Positions 10,618 to 20,626 of a stretch of DNA of 64,000 nucleotides are shown one piece after another. The stretch spans positions 586 to 64,585 of the forward strand of contig JASHPB010000098.1 of assembly GCA_030038355.1 (NCBI GenBank). The letters are read 5' to 3'. The notes beneath the pieces are model-generated. The model saw nothing but the letters and a program-made list of their open reading frames with translations, was not told where the DNA came from and did not search any database. Source of the DNA: Candidatus Binataceae bacterium. Its GTDB lineage: Bacteria > Desulfobacterota > Binatia > Binatales > Binataceae. Every line of letters begins with the position of its first letter. The stretch's first letter is position 1. The translations under genes were made by a program, and so were the position numbers.

Positions 10618-11655
10618 ATGAAAGCAATGGTGATGGAAGAAATCGGCAAGCCAATGCAGATCAAGGATTGGCCCGAGCCGAAGGTGCCCGCCGACGGCGC
10701 AGTCGTTCGCGTCGAAGCGAGCGGCATCTGCCGTTCGGACTGGCATCTGTGGCAGGGCGACTGGGCATGGATCGGTTTCAAACCGCGGCTGCCAACCATC
10801 CTCGGGCATGAGTTCGCCGGCGTGATCGAAGAGGTCGGCAAGGATGTGAAATCGCTCAAGTCGGGAATGCGCGTCGTGGTGCCTCTCGTTCAGGGATGCG
10901 GCGTGTGTGATGATTGCCGCACCGGCCATTCGAACCATTGCTCGCGCAGCCCGGGCATGGGCGGCTACGCGCGCTATGGCCTGCTTCGCTTTGCCGATTT
11001 CAACTGCGTGCCGCTGTCCGACAATATCGACTTCGTCGAGGCTTCCTCGATGGGATGCCGCTATGTCACCGCGTTCCACGGAATCCTCGATCAGGGGCAC
11101 GTCCAGGCCGACGAGAATGTCGTCGTGTACGGCTGCGGCGGTGTCGGGTTGTCGGCAATCCAGATCGCGACCGCCCTCGGCGCACGCGTCATCGCGGTTG
11201 ATCTGGATGATCGTAAACTGGAGCTCGCAAAGAACGCGGGCGCGGCCGATGTCATCAACGGCAAGAAGACCGATCCTGTCCAAGCGGTGCGGGATCTGAC
11301 CCACGGAGGCGCCGATGTCAGTATCGATGCCCTGGGAATCGCCGTCACCTGTCGCAATGCGGTCGCCAGCTTGCGCCGGCGCGGCCGTCACGTGCAGATC
11401 GGCCTTACCACGCACGACGAGAAGGGCGAGGTTCCGCTGCCAATTGATCAGATTGTGTTCCGCGAGATCCAGTTCATCGGCTCGCTCGCGATTCAGACGT
11501 TCCGCTACCCGGCGATCCTGAGCATGGTCGAGCGCAGGCGTCTCGAACCAAAAAAACTCATCAGCGAGATGATCCCACTGGAGAGGGCGTTCAGCGTCAT
11601 CGAGCAGATGTCGAACTACGAAAACGCGGGCATCAGTGTGATCAACCAGTTCTAG
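10618..11655 (+). CDS. Zinc-dependent alcohol dehydrogenase (MDR superfamily)
   Basis: 345 aa. Catalytic Zn motif GICRSDWH, structural Zn Cys cluster CGVCDDCRTGHSNHC, NAD motif GCGGVGLSA. RBS GAAGGAGAGG upstream. Confidence 0.9.
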   Translation: MKAMVMEEIGKPMQIKDWPEPKVPADGAVVRVEASGICRSDWHLWQGDWAWIGFKPRLPTILGHEFAGVIEEVGKDVKSLKSGMRVVVPLVQGCGVCDDCRTGHSNHCSRSPGMGGYARYGLLRFADFNCVPLSDNIDFVEASSMGCRYVTAFHGILDQGHVQADENVVVYGCGGVGLSAIQIATALGARVIAVDLDDRKLELAKNAGAADVINGKKTDPVQAVRDLTHGGADVSIDALGIAVTCRNAVASLRRRGRHVQIGLTTHDEKGEVPLPIDQIVFREIQFIGSLAIQTFRYPAILSMVERRRLEPKKLISEMIPLERAFSVIEQMSNYENAGISVINQF

Positions 11656-11799
11656 TCGATTCACCTGGAGAGAAGTCGGAATTACTGCGAATCGCACGGA
11701 CAGTTTCGTGATCACGAGCGACTTTCAAATTGAAGATCCACCTGCTATCGAACGAGAATCGTCTGCGATTAATGCTTCGCAGCAAGGAGGCATTCGTCG

Positions 11800-12552
11800 A
11801 TGGATCGGTTGAAAGGTAAAGTGGCGTTAATCTCTGGCGGCGCACGCGGGCAAGGCGCAGCTGAGGCGCGGTTGTTCGTCGCTGAAGGTGCGAACGTGGT
11901 CGTCGGCGACGTGCTCGACGATCAGGCCGCGTCGCTGGCCAAGGAGATCAATGCGAAAGGGCCACGTTCTGTGGTCGCTATTCACCTCGATGTTACCCGG
12001 GGCGCCGATTGGCGTAACGCGGTCGCCACCTGCGAGCGCGAGTTCAGCGGACTCGACGTCCTCGTCAACAACGCCGGCATCTTCAATACCGCTGGCCTCG
12101 AGGACACCAGCGAGGAGCTGTGGGAGGCCATCGTCAACATCAACCAGAAGGGAGTGTGGCTTGGGATGAAAGAGGCAGTCGCCGCGATGCGCAAGCGCGG
12201 CAGCGGAGCAATCATCAATATCTCGTCGGTTGCCGGCCTGACCGGTTCGACGGGATCAACGGCATATCATGGGAGCAAAGGCGCGGTGCGGTTGCTGACC
12301 AAAGCCGCAGCCGTGCAATACGGACCGGATCGCATCCGCGTCAACTCGGTGCATCCCGGCCTCATCAACACGACTATGATCGATATCATTCCCAAGGAAC
12401 AGCGCGATCACATCGTCAAGACCGTGGTGCCGCTCAGACGCGAGGGGACCCCCGAGGACGTTGCGAAGCTGGTGCTGTTCCTCGCCAGCGACGACTCATC
12501 TTACTGCACTGGCGCCGAGTTCGTGGTCGACGGCGGCTTGACGGCGCAGTGA
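11800..12552 (+). CDS. SDR family oxidoreductase, 3alpha(or 20beta)-hydroxysteroid dehydrogenase-like
   Basis: 250 aa. TGxxxGxG (ISGGARGQG), NNAG, catalytic YxxxK (YHGSKGAV). Its overall string resembles the Streptomyces 3alpha/20beta-HSD (..LVNNAGI....RVNSVHPG...SSYVTGAE..VDGG), as recalled from memory. RBS GCAAGGAGG. Confidence 0.85.
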   Translation: MDRLKGKVALISGGARGQGAAEARLFVAEGANVVVGDVLDDQAASLAKEINAKGPRSVVAIHLDVTRGADWRNAVATCEREFSGLDVLVNNAGIFNTAGLEDTSEELWEAIVNINQKGVWLGMKEAVAAMRKRGSGAIINISSVAGLTGSTGSTAYHGSKGAVRLLTKAAAVQYGPDRIRVNSVHPGLINTTMIDIIPKEQRDHIVKTVVPLRREGTPEDVAKLVLFLASDDSSYCTGAEFVVDGGLTAQ

Positions 12553-12747
12553 AGGAGGGCATTTGAACATTCGACGCTTATGAGCCAGCAAGCGGTTCCA
12601 CGAAAGAGTTCGCGAGTCATTTGATTCTCGATTGTGCGGCTCACGACAAGCTTCGCTCGAATCTTCCCTCCGGAAGCAGTCAATCGTGAAGCGCATGAAA
12701 TGCTCGTGGCAAAGATACCAGCTCGCTGATTCTGCCCACCTGGTGGA

Positions 12748-13956
12748 CTATTGAAGAACTTCTGAAGCTACCAATTCGGTGATGCGCGCTTCGTCATAGT
12801 GCAAGATATTCTGAAGTACATACTGATTGTCGCGGCCGACGCTAGGTGCCTGCCGCGGAATTCGCGCAGGAGTGCGGGACAATTTGAAACGCGATGCTTC
12901 AACCACGGTTTTCCCCTGGATGTTGTGATCGATTTCGACCAGGTATCCTCGGCTCGCTAACTGCTTGTCCTCACAGACTTCTTTACTGTCCTGAACCACA
13001 GACGCCGGCACGCCTGCGCTTTGTAGCAATTTCTCGGCCTTTTCAGCTTCAATTCCTCTGCTCCACACTTGGATGATATCGTCCAATTGCATGCGATTCC
13101 TGAGACGACTCGATGCCGTTGAAAAGCTCTCATTGGTCGCGAGATCAGTCCTCTTCATTACGACGCATAGGCGCCGCCACTGTTCATCATTCAAACAGGC
13201 AATAGCTATCCAGCGGTCTTCTCCGGCTGCCGCATAGACCCCATGCGGCGCGCAGTTAAGATCGTCATTTCCCAGGGCCTGGAGCACTCGCCCGTTAACA
13301 GCACAGTCGAGTAAGGCTGGAGTGAGGAAATGCAGAGCAGATTCGGCCTGCGACTGATCGATATACTGTCCCTTGCCTGTGCGCTTTCGATAATCCAGTG
13401 CAGCTAGAATAGAAACTGCACCGAAACGCGGTGCCAGGTAATCGGTATAAGCTCCGAATGGTCCCGAGGGAGACCTGTCAGGCCAACCGCAAAGATTATA
13501 GAACCCCGAGACAGCTGCCGCCATGTTGCCAAACCCGACAAAGCCTGACATCGGACCCGTTTGGCCCATCAAACAAGAACTGAGCATTATGATGTCGGGT
13601 TTGAGCGCACGCAGAGATTCATAATCAAGCTTCCATGAACGCATGGCCTTGGGTGAAAATGATTCGCAGACTACGTCGGCCCATCGTACGAGATCCAACA
13701 CTACTTCCCTTGCCTCAGGCTTATTCAAGTCGAGACCGAGTCCAAGCTTACCGGCATTATAGGTGCCAAACAGACCCGATCCATCGTGAGCAGCTTTGTT
13801 CTTATAAAAAGGCCCGACGGTGCGGGATCCGTCTATTCTGGTGGTGGATTCAATTCGAACGACCGTTGCACCGTAGTCAGCCAGCGCTCTGGTTGTGCCG
13901 GGGCCGGCTAGTGCCCACATGAAATCCAGGATTTTGATATCTTCGAGGGGCAACAT
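12748..13956 (-). CDS. Family III CoA-transferase (CaiB/BaiF), downstream member of a tandem pair
   Basis: 402 aa. LEDIKILDFMWALAGPGTTRALADYGATVVRIE signature. Its start overlaps the stop of the upstream paralog (ATGA at 13956). Confidence 0.9.
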   Translation of the reverse strand: MLPLEDIKILDFMWALAGPGTTRALADYGATVVRIESTTRIDGSRTVGPFYKNKAAHDGSGLFGTYNAGKLGLGLDLNKPEAREVVLDLVRWADVVCESFSPKAMRSWKLDYESLRALKPDIIMLSSCLMGQTGPMSGFVGFGNMAAAVSGFYNLCGWPDRSPSGPFGAYTDYLAPRFGAVSILAALDYRKRTGKGQYIDQSQAESALHFLTPALLDCAVNGRVLQALGNDDLNCAPHGVYAAAGEDRWIAIACLNDEQWRRLCVVMKRTDLATNESFSTASSRLRNRMQLDDIIQVWSRGIEAEKAEKLLQSAGVPASVVQDSKEVCEDKQLASRGYLVEIDHNIQGKTVVEASRFKLSRTPARIPRQAPSVGRDNQYVLQNILHYDEARITELVASEVLQ

Positions 13957-15197
13957 CAGATTATTCCTCTTCGCGTCAGGTCTTGAATCTCGCTCTCTGA
14001 AAGCCCCAGCTCCTCACAATAGATTTCGCGGTTATGTTCACCTACTAGCGGCGGACGACGGTGATAAACGATCGGCACCTCACTGAACTTCGCGAACGGA
14101 CCCGGATAAGAGAATGTTCGCGCCAACTCGGGATGTTCGAGCGCTTGCCAGTAATGTCGAGCTTTGAGTTGAGGACTCGAGAGCACGTCACTAACTGTTG
14201 CGATCGGCGCAATCAATAGGCCCCGCTCGAGCGCGTCAGCGAACAGGTCGGCCTTGGTTCGAGTCGAAACAAAGTCGGCGATGATTGCAACGATTCTTGT
14301 GTATTCCTGCATCGGCTCTTGGCCGCCCGCGAGCAGAGAGCCATATTCGATCCAGTCTTTATCTCGAGTAGCGGCGTCACAAGCCTCCTGCTCGTACAGG
14401 TAGGTCATGAGACGTTTAGTAAAGACTCCAAGTTGCCGACCGAAGAGGAAGAGGAGCGTGACGTAGCCGTCCTTCGCGCGCCACACCAGCGGCACGCGCA
14501 TGGATCCCACTCGCACGCCTCCCGCCATTCGCCGCGCCTCATCGGCGTCCAGACGAAAGGCGAGATTGTTGGCCTGCGTCGCCGGAGTTACCGATTGTTG
14601 CGCTGACACATCGACCTGCTGCCCCATGCCCGAGCGCTGCCGTTCATGATTTGCCACGAGCGCACCTACCGCCGCATCACCGCAAGCGTGGAGATACGCT
14701 TGCGCAATACTGACCCTGATCGGTGCCCGGTCCTCATCTCCACAGAGCAATAGCGGACCGCCTGCAGCGAGGATTACGAGGTCGCTGTCCGCGTAGGATG
14801 CTTTCGGTCCAGCCTGACCGAACGGAGTTATCGATACGTAAATGATTTCACGATTGTGAGTAGCAACATCCTCGTATCCAAGCTCACGATCACTTAGATA
14901 TCCTGGATCATAGGACTCAATCAGGAACTGCGCCCTCGCGGCGAGTCGATAAAGCAAAGCTCGCCCATCATCAGTTTCGATATCGAGAGTGATGCTTCGT
15001 TTGTTGCGGTTGTAGGACCACCAGTAGATCGAACGATCGCGATCAGGTCGATCCTCAAAAAAGGGCGCGAGTTGGCGTGCCGGCGACCCTCCCGGTGGTT
15101 CAATCTTGATAACGTCGGCACCCAGATCCGCCAGAATCTGTCCGCAAAGTAGCCCCCTCTCGGTTGTGAGATCGAGCACTCGATACCGACTCAGCAT
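13956..15197 (-). CDS. Family III CoA-transferase (CaiB/BaiF), upstream member of a tandem pair
   Basis: The internal start ATG 15197 (MLSRYRVLDLTTERGLLCGQILADLGADVIKIE) is preceded by GAGGAGAAGG at about 9-nt spacing. The track ORF start 15224 is rejected because no SD precedes it. Confidence 0.85.
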   Translation of the reverse strand: MLSRYRVLDLTTERGLLCGQILADLGADVIKIEPPGGSPARQLAPFFEDRPDRDRSIYWWSYNRNKRSITLDIETDDGRALLYRLAARAQFLIESYDPGYLSDRELGYEDVATHNREIIYVSITPFGQAGPKASYADSDLVILAAGGPLLLCGDEDRAPIRVSIAQAYLHACGDAAVGALVANHERQRSGMGQQVDVSAQQSVTPATQANNLAFRLDADEARRMAGGVRVGSMRVPLVWRAKDGYVTLLFLFGRQLGVFTKRLMTYLYEQEACDAATRDKDWIEYGSLLAGGQEPMQEYTRIVAIIADFVSTRTKADLFADALERGLLIAPIATVSDVLSSPQLKARHYWQALEHPELARTFSYPGPFAKFSEVPIVYHRRPPLVGEHNREIYCEELGLSESEIQDLTRRGII

Positions 15198-15270
15198 AGC
15201 CGCCTTCTCCTCGCCCTCGAACAACTCGCTTTTCGCAGAACGCTAGATGAATGTCGATCGCGGTCGCCGG

Positions 15271-16512
15271 CTATCGCGACTTTCGTACGGCCGTTTTGGA
15301 GCGCTTCACCTTGCCTTTCGCGGAGGCGGCCTTATGCGCCAGCGTTCGAGACGTCTTGCGCCACAATTCGCGCGAGGCAATCCGTGCGCCGTCTGCCATC
15401 GCTCGGAGCTTGGCCCAAGTAATTTTAGGATCGACGGCGACAAACCCCGCAAAAGTGGAGAAGCCGCAATCACTGCCGGCAATGACGTTCTCGCGGCCGA
15501 TGATCCTTGCGAATCGCACAATCCGTTCCGCTACCAGCTCCGGATGCTCGATGAAATTGCACGACGAGTCGAGTACCCCCGGAATCAATACCTTTTCGCC
15601 GAGCTTCACACCCTGCCAAACGGCAGACTCGTGAGCGTGGCGCGGGTTCGACGCTTCAAAAGAGATCGCCCCGACTTTGGCCTTTAGCACCGTATTCACT
15701 ACGTCCTTGAGCGGGATATCGCGATGGTGCGGACCTTCGTAATTGCCCCAGCATAGATGGAGCCGAACCGAAGCGGTTGGAATGTCAGCCAGGGCATGAT
15801 TGAGAGCCTCAATATGAAGCTCGGCCTTTTTGCGAAAATCCGCGACCGAAAGATCGTCGAATTGGATGTGCCGCCCCATCGCCAGATCGGGGCAATCGAC
15901 CTGCAATAGCAAGCCGGCGCGATGGATCATGTCGTATTCGACTTTCATCGCGTCCGCCAATGCGCCCAGATACTTCTCGTGGCTTCCGTAGTGATGGTCG
16001 GGCAGGAATAGTGATATGACGCCCGGCGATGCGGCACTCATAAAAACTTCTTCGACCTTCACGCCATTGGTCGCCTCCTTCAGATTTGCAATATCAACTT
16101 CAACATCACGCGTGTCGCGGTACGAGATCGTCCCGTTGCACGCGGGAGTCTTTAGGATGGACCTGGTGGAGGGAAACAATCGCGCTGCATACTCGGGAAA
16201 ATCCTTCAGGTCGCCGAGGCTGAGCGCGCCGCCTTCTCCCAGTCCGGCACTTTCGCCGCCAAAGCCGGTCATTCGATCTTTGATGTAGTTCGAGTAACCA
16301 GGCTTGCTCATCTCGCCGTCATTGACCACATCGACGCCGGCACCGACCTGCTTACGAACGATGTCGCTGACCGCTGACCGGATGCTCGATGCTAAAGCCA
16401 CGGAATCGTATGGCTCTCCGGCTTCCTTTGCCACCATCATCGCCAGCAGATCGTCGGGACGCGGCAGACTACCTGTGTGGGTCGTAAGGATTCGTCGAGT
16501 GCTGCGCTTCAT
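15271..16512 (-). CDS. Cobalamin-independent methionine synthase (MetE) C-terminal-domain-like protein (Meth_synt_2 / UroD-MetE fold)
   Basis: 413 aa. ILTTHTGSLPRP (GSfPRp), VNDGEM (dGE), LHLCWGNYEGPHH (H.C.Gn, Zn-binding) are hallmarks of PF01717. RBS GGAGGTG at 7 nt. The substrate is unknown. Confidence 0.75.
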   Translation of the reverse strand: MKRSTRRILTTHTGSLPRPDDLLAMMVAKEAGEPYDSVALASSIRSAVSDIVRKQVGAGVDVVNDGEMSKPGYSNYIKDRMTGFGGESAGLGEGGALSLGDLKDFPEYAARLFPSTRSILKTPACNGTISYRDTRDVEVDIANLKEATNGVKVEEVFMSAASPGVISLFLPDHHYGSHEKYLGALADAMKVEYDMIHRAGLLLQVDCPDLAMGRHIQFDDLSVADFRKKAELHIEALNHALADIPTASVRLHLCWGNYEGPHHRDIPLKDVVNTVLKAKVGAISFEASNPRHAHESAVWQGVKLGEKVLIPGVLDSSCNFIEHPELVAERIVRFARIIGRENVIAGSDCGFSTFAGFVAVDPKITWAKLRAMADGARIASRELWRKTSRTLAHKAASAKGKVKRSKTAVRKSR

Positions 16513-16897
16513 GCCGGTTCACCTCCAGGGCCGGAGGTTGCCACCTCCGAACGGAAACCCCAAAAGTCCATGTCTTGAAATAAAAGATTCAGCGCGCGAT
16601 CTCAACTATCTCGCCCGACGTTTCTGGCGCAGGATGAATGGGTACTAATCCGTTACGGATTTATCTTCGATGTAAAGATCTGCCCGCCTACCTACAGCGA
16701 AGTAAATATCGAAAAGAATCAACAGCGCGCGTCGCATTTGCGGAATGCACGACAAGCTCTCTTCTGCCAGACTAGTCGCAATATCCTGGAGTAGCGAAGG
16801 CTACTCTCGACTTTTCGCGTATCGGTCGCTTCATGCGAGCCCCGTAAACGAGTGTTCGACGCCGATACAGCCTCTTTGGCGTTTCAATCTGCGATCG
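16513..16897 (-). promoter_or_regulatory. 385-nt 5' leader of the MetE-like/CoA-transferase operon ending in alternative SD-sequestering hairpins (riboswitch-like expression platform)
   Basis: The mRNA 3' end of the leader reads GGAGGUGgcaACCUCCggcccUGGAGGUGaaccggcAUG. The middle ACCUCC can pair either with the upstream GGAGGU or with the SD GGAGGU. No SAM-I or B12-box consensus was seen. Confidence 0.4.
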
Positions 16898-17818
16898 CTA
16901 CGCGAATGCCAAATCGGCAAGCCAGTCGCGGAATTGATCGATCCAGCGGTCCGACGGTATTCCCTGCTTCGCCATGCCGAAGCCGTGGTTGCCACGCCGG
17001 TAGATGTGCAGTTCAGCTGACCGTCCGGCGTCGGTCCAGTCGGAATATAGCCCCTCGGTTACGCGATAGAGCAAGACATCATCCTGGGCGATGCAGGTGA
17101 ACAGCGGCGGCGCATCTTTAGGTAGGGGCCTTCCCAGCGTTTCGCCGCCGTAAATCGCCGCCACAAACGCGGGCGGCGGTGCCGTGCGTGGATCAACAGC
17201 GACATCGACCACGAGAAACGCGCCGGCCGAGAATCCAATCATCCCAACTTTGGCCGAATCCAGGTCCCATTCCTTGGCCCGCTCGCGCACAATTGCGAGT
17301 GCGCGACGGCCGTCATCGGCGGCGGCTGCACGCGCGTCGCTGAAAAATTTGGCTGGCACGATGTCGCTCATGGCACGGAAGGCGGTTTTTCCCTTGCGGG
17401 TCGAATCGATCAGCGCGGCCATTTGTGCCATCTCGGCGTCATAGTCGGCCTGCGCCACGGGCGTGCCGCGCACGCGGTATTTCAGCAGGAAAGCCGTATA
17501 GCCATGCGCTGCGAGCCAGTGCGCGACATCGAGCCCTTCGTGCTCCCATGCGAGTATGCGCCAGCCACCACCAGGGCACACGATGACGGCGGTGCCGTTC
17601 GGCTTGCCGTTCGGTGGTCTATACACGGTAAGCGTCGGGTTGGACACATTGCGAAGCATCAGCGCGTCGCCCACGGTACCGACCGGCCCGCGGTACTCTA
17701 CCTCAGGACCCACTCCATTCAGCGTTGTTGGCGGTCCATCGGGCCAGAGGGGAATAATGCCGCCGGGCTGGAATGTCACGGCGGTCTCGCTAATTTGGAA
17801 ATTCCTCTCGTAACTCAT
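16898..17818 (-). CDS. Alpha/beta hydrolase (esterase/lipase, HSL-like family)
   Basis: 306 aa. Oxyanion-hole motif VIVCPGGGW (HGGG-like), nucleophile elbow GFSAGA (GxSxG), and a C-terminal His region. Confidence 0.85.
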   Translation of the reverse strand: MSYERNFQISETAVTFQPGGIIPLWPDGPPTTLNGVGPEVEYRGPVGTVGDALMLRNVSNPTLTVYRPPNGKPNGTAVIVCPGGGWRILAWEHEGLDVAHWLAAHGYTAFLLKYRVRGTPVAQADYDAEMAQMAALIDSTRKGKTAFRAMSDIVPAKFFSDARAAAADDGRRALAIVRERAKEWDLDSAKVGMIGFSAGAFLVVDVAVDPRTAPPPAFVAAIYGGETLGRPLPKDAPPLFTCIAQDDVLLYRVTEGLYSDWTDAGRSAELHIYRRGNHGFGMAKQGIPSDRWIDQFRDWLADLAFA

Positions 17819-18021
17819 TTTCTGTCAGAATCTCTCGATCGCTTCTCTCGCTTCTCTTGCCTTCAACGGTTAGGCTTTCTCTGATCGCCTACTGTACAGT
17901 CATCTGCCGCAGCGCGGCAAAAGAAAAACTAGCACGAGTCTCGTGCGAACCCGCTTGTATCGCTTGCAGGAGGCTGGAATAGTCGGCCTCAATCCCCTTC
18001 GACGCTCGCGAGGTAACCCGC

Positions 18022-18990
18022 ATGAAAGCTGTTGTCTTCGATAAGCTGGGTGGGCCCGAGGTGCTGCGTCTCGCAGACATCCCCAAGCCCGAAGTGAAGC
18101 CGGGCACGGTTGTGATCCGAGTTCGCGCCGCCGGGATCAATTTTGCCGATACTCTGTTTCGCCAGGGACAGTACCTGATTCAGCCGCAACTGCCCGACGT
18201 TCCCGGTGTCGAGGGCGCCGGCGAGATCGAGGCGGCCGGCGCAGGAGTATCGAACCTGAAGCCCGGGCAGCGCGTCGCATTCATCGGCAACAAGGCGTAC
18301 GCAGAGTTCGCGCTCGCGCCCGCAGCGCAGGTGATTCCGCTTCCCGACTCGATGTCGTTCGAGCATGGCGCGGCGTTTCCGATCCAGGTGCTTACCGCAT
18401 GGCACATGCTGCACACCTGCCATAACACCGCACCCGGACAGACCGTGCTCGTGCATTCAGCGGCAGGCGGTGTGGGTATCGTCGCAGTGCAGATCGCAAA
18501 AGCGGCGGGCGCGAAGGTGATCGGCACCGTCTCCAGCGATTCGAAGGCGGCGCTCGTCAAGGAGTATGGCGGCGACGACGTGATCAACTATGCGACCAAG
18601 GATTTTGCCGAGGAAGCGAATCGTCTTACGGGCGGACGCGGTGTCGATCTGATACTCGACGCTGTTGGTGCGACAACGCTTGAGAAGGGTATCGGATGTC
18701 TGGCGCCGTTCGGCCATACGATTCTTTACGGGCGCGCCGGCGGACCTCCCGAGCCGCTGAACCTCTTCCAACTGTTCCCGAGATCAGCGATGGCGAGTGC
18801 CTTCACTCTCAATACGGTGGCGACCTTGCCCGATTTGATGCGGCGCGGAATCGAGGAAGCGCTGCGCCTCGTCATGCATGGAAAGGTGAAGCTGATAATC
18901 GGTAAATCATACCCGCTGGCGGAGGCTGCCGACGCGCATCGCTTCATGGAATCGCGCCAGTCGACCGGCAAGCTAGTCCTCAACGCCTGA
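18022..18990 (+). CDS. NADPH:quinone oxidoreductase-like zinc-binding dehydrogenase (MDR, Qor family)
   Basis: 322 aa. MKAVVFDKLGGPEVL start, GAGEIEAAG and AAGGVG motifs. It lacks the catalytic Zn Cys/His, as is usual for Qor. Confidence 0.85.
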   Translation: MKAVVFDKLGGPEVLRLADIPKPEVKPGTVVIRVRAAGINFADTLFRQGQYLIQPQLPDVPGVEGAGEIEAAGAGVSNLKPGQRVAFIGNKAYAEFALAPAAQVIPLPDSMSFEHGAAFPIQVLTAWHMLHTCHNTAPGQTVLVHSAAGGVGIVAVQIAKAAGAKVIGTVSSDSKAALVKEYGGDDVINYATKDFAEEANRLTGGRGVDLILDAVGATTLEKGIGCLAPFGHTILYGRAGGPPEPLNLFQLFPRSAMASAFTLNTVATLPDLMRRGIEEALRLVMHGKVKLIIGKSYPLAEAADAHRFMESRQSTGKLVLNA

Positions 18991-19001
18991 CGAATGCTCG
19001 A

Positions 19002-19042
19002 TGCCCACTGCACAACTTCCGCGGTGGGCGTCATTTTGCTTT
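19002..19042 (+). terminator. Rho-independent terminator candidate after the Qor gene
   Basis: GCCCAC..(loop)..GTGGGC stem followed by GTCATTTTGCTTT. Confidence 0.4.
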
Positions 19043-19049
19043 AGCTCGG

Positions 19050-19517
19050 GTGACCTCCCGCAATCTTATCGGTGTAGTTTCGGACACCCACGGCCTGATC
19101 CGGCCGGAGGCGGTACAGGCGCTGCGGGACTCGAGCCTGATCATTCATTGTGGCGACATCGGTGACCCTTCGGTTCTGCGGACCCTCCGCAGTATCGCCC
19201 CGCTACGCGCGATCCGCGGCAACAATGACCACGGGGCATGGGCTGATCGTCTTCCTGAGCACGACTTTGTCAGATTCGGTTCTCAAGTGATCTATGTACT
19301 TCACAACCTTGCTGAACTTGAACTCGATTTGCAAGCAAGAGGTGTAACCGTAGTCCTAAGCGGTCATTCACATAAGCCAGTCGTCGAAAGGCGGGACGGG
19401 GTTCTGTTTCTGAATCCGGGCAGTGCGGGACCGCGCCGATTCAAACTGCCAGTGACAGTGGCGACGCTTGCCGAGCGGTCTGGTCATTGGATGCCGACGA
19501 TTGTGCGACTGGCCTGA
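19050..19517 (+). CDS. Metallophosphoesterase, YfcE/MJ0936 family phosphodiesterase
   Basis: 155 aa. GVVSDTHG, CGDIGD, GNND, GHSH (SGHSHKP) metal-binding motifs in the canonical order. GTG start. Confidence 0.85.
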   Translation: MTSRNLIGVVSDTHGLIRPEAVQALRDSSLIIHCGDIGDPSVLRTLRSIAPLRAIRGNNDHGAWADRLPEHDFVRFGSQVIYVLHNLAELELDLQARGVTVVLSGHSHKPVVERRDGVLFLNPGSAGPRRFKLPVTVATLAERSGHWMPTIVRLA

Positions 19518-19573
19518 ACTTCGTCGCGAAAGTTGAAATATGTCCGCGCCGATCGTTCGCAGGTGCTCTGCAA

Positions 19574-20413
19574 CTAAGGTTGGCCGAGCTTCCGGTTCAG
19601 TTCATCGATGCGCAGTTCGCCCTCGCGGGTTTGTCCACCGATCTTTAGAAACGTCTCCATGTTGCGGCGGCCGCTCTGCGTACGGATAAGCTGCTGGAAG
19701 AGATAGCCTTCGTCGCACAATCCCTCGGCCAGCGGCCTCGTTGCTGAATTGATCGCCTGCTTGGCGAGCTTCACTGCCTCGACTGGAAAGGATGCGATGC
19801 GTGTGGCGAGGTTCATCACGTATGGGCCGATTTCTTTCGCATCCAAAGCGCGGTTCAGATAGCCCCATCGCTCGGCTTCGTCGGCGGAAATGTCAACGCC
19901 GGCCAGTATAATCTCGATAGCGCGGTTACGTCCGATCAACCTCGGCAGCTTCTGCGTGCCAGTTCCTCCGGGGAGAATGCCGAGCGGCACCTCCATCTGA
20001 TTGATTTTCGTCTTTCCGAGCACACCAAAGCGCATATCGAAGCCCATCGAGAACTCGCTGCCTCCGCCCCCGACACGCCCCTCAATCTGAGCGATAGTCA
20101 CTTTGTCCATCGTAGTCATTCGGTTGCACATGTCGTGATACTCGTTGCTGGCCGACGCTTCCCGCGTTGCCGGCTGGTCGATAGGGAATCGGAGGATTGC
20201 GCTTACGTCGAAGTGCGCCAGAAAGAATTCGGGGTTCGCGCTCTTCACAATAAAGACCACACAATCCTCATCCGCCTCGACCTCTCGCGACATGCGGCTG
20301 AGTTCGGAGTAGAGCTCGAGTGTTATGAGGTTGATTGGCGGAGCATCTACCGTAGCCGTGACGATCTTGCCGTCACGAGCGAATCTGATCAGTTTGTATC
20401 CGTCGTAAGCCAT
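19574..20413 (-). CDS. Enoyl-CoA hydratase/isomerase (crotonase) family protein
   Basis: 279 aa. Crotonase-fold oxyanion region (IAQIEGRVGGGGSEFSMGFDMRF) and the pattern of a hydrophobic helix followed by a GG motif. Confidence 0.85.
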   Translation of the reverse strand: MAYDGYKLIRFARDGKIVTATVDAPPINLITLELYSELSRMSREVEADEDCVVFIVKSANPEFFLAHFDVSAILRFPIDQPATREASASNEYHDMCNRMTTMDKVTIAQIEGRVGGGGSEFSMGFDMRFGVLGKTKINQMEVPLGILPGGTGTQKLPRLIGRNRAIEIILAGVDISADEAERWGYLNRALDAKEIGPYVMNLATRIASFPVEAVKLAKQAINSATRPLAEGLCDEGYLFQQLIRTQSGRRNMETFLKIGGQTREGELRIDELNRKLGQP

Positions 20414-20626
20414 AATCCCTTCCTTGTAGTTGACGCCTTACTCCAAAAGCTCGTAGAGGTTCAATGGCCAGTATAGTTCCGCGATATTGCCGGGCGCGAA
20501 TAGCACTGCTCATCGCAAAATTCCAGCCGCCGCAGGTTGAGCGTATCAACCCAACGGTGCAATAAGATCGATCGAGCGGCGCACGCCCTGCCCGAACGAA
20601 CGCCGCGCAAAGTTGGGGAGGTTCAG

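Noticed and set aside
16513-16897. Assignment of the MetE-like leader to a known riboswitch class (cobalamin, SAM-I, SAM-II)
   Set aside because: I could not find the B12 box (GCCACUG) or the SAM-I conserved cores in the correct order. It is kept only as an unclassified candidate.
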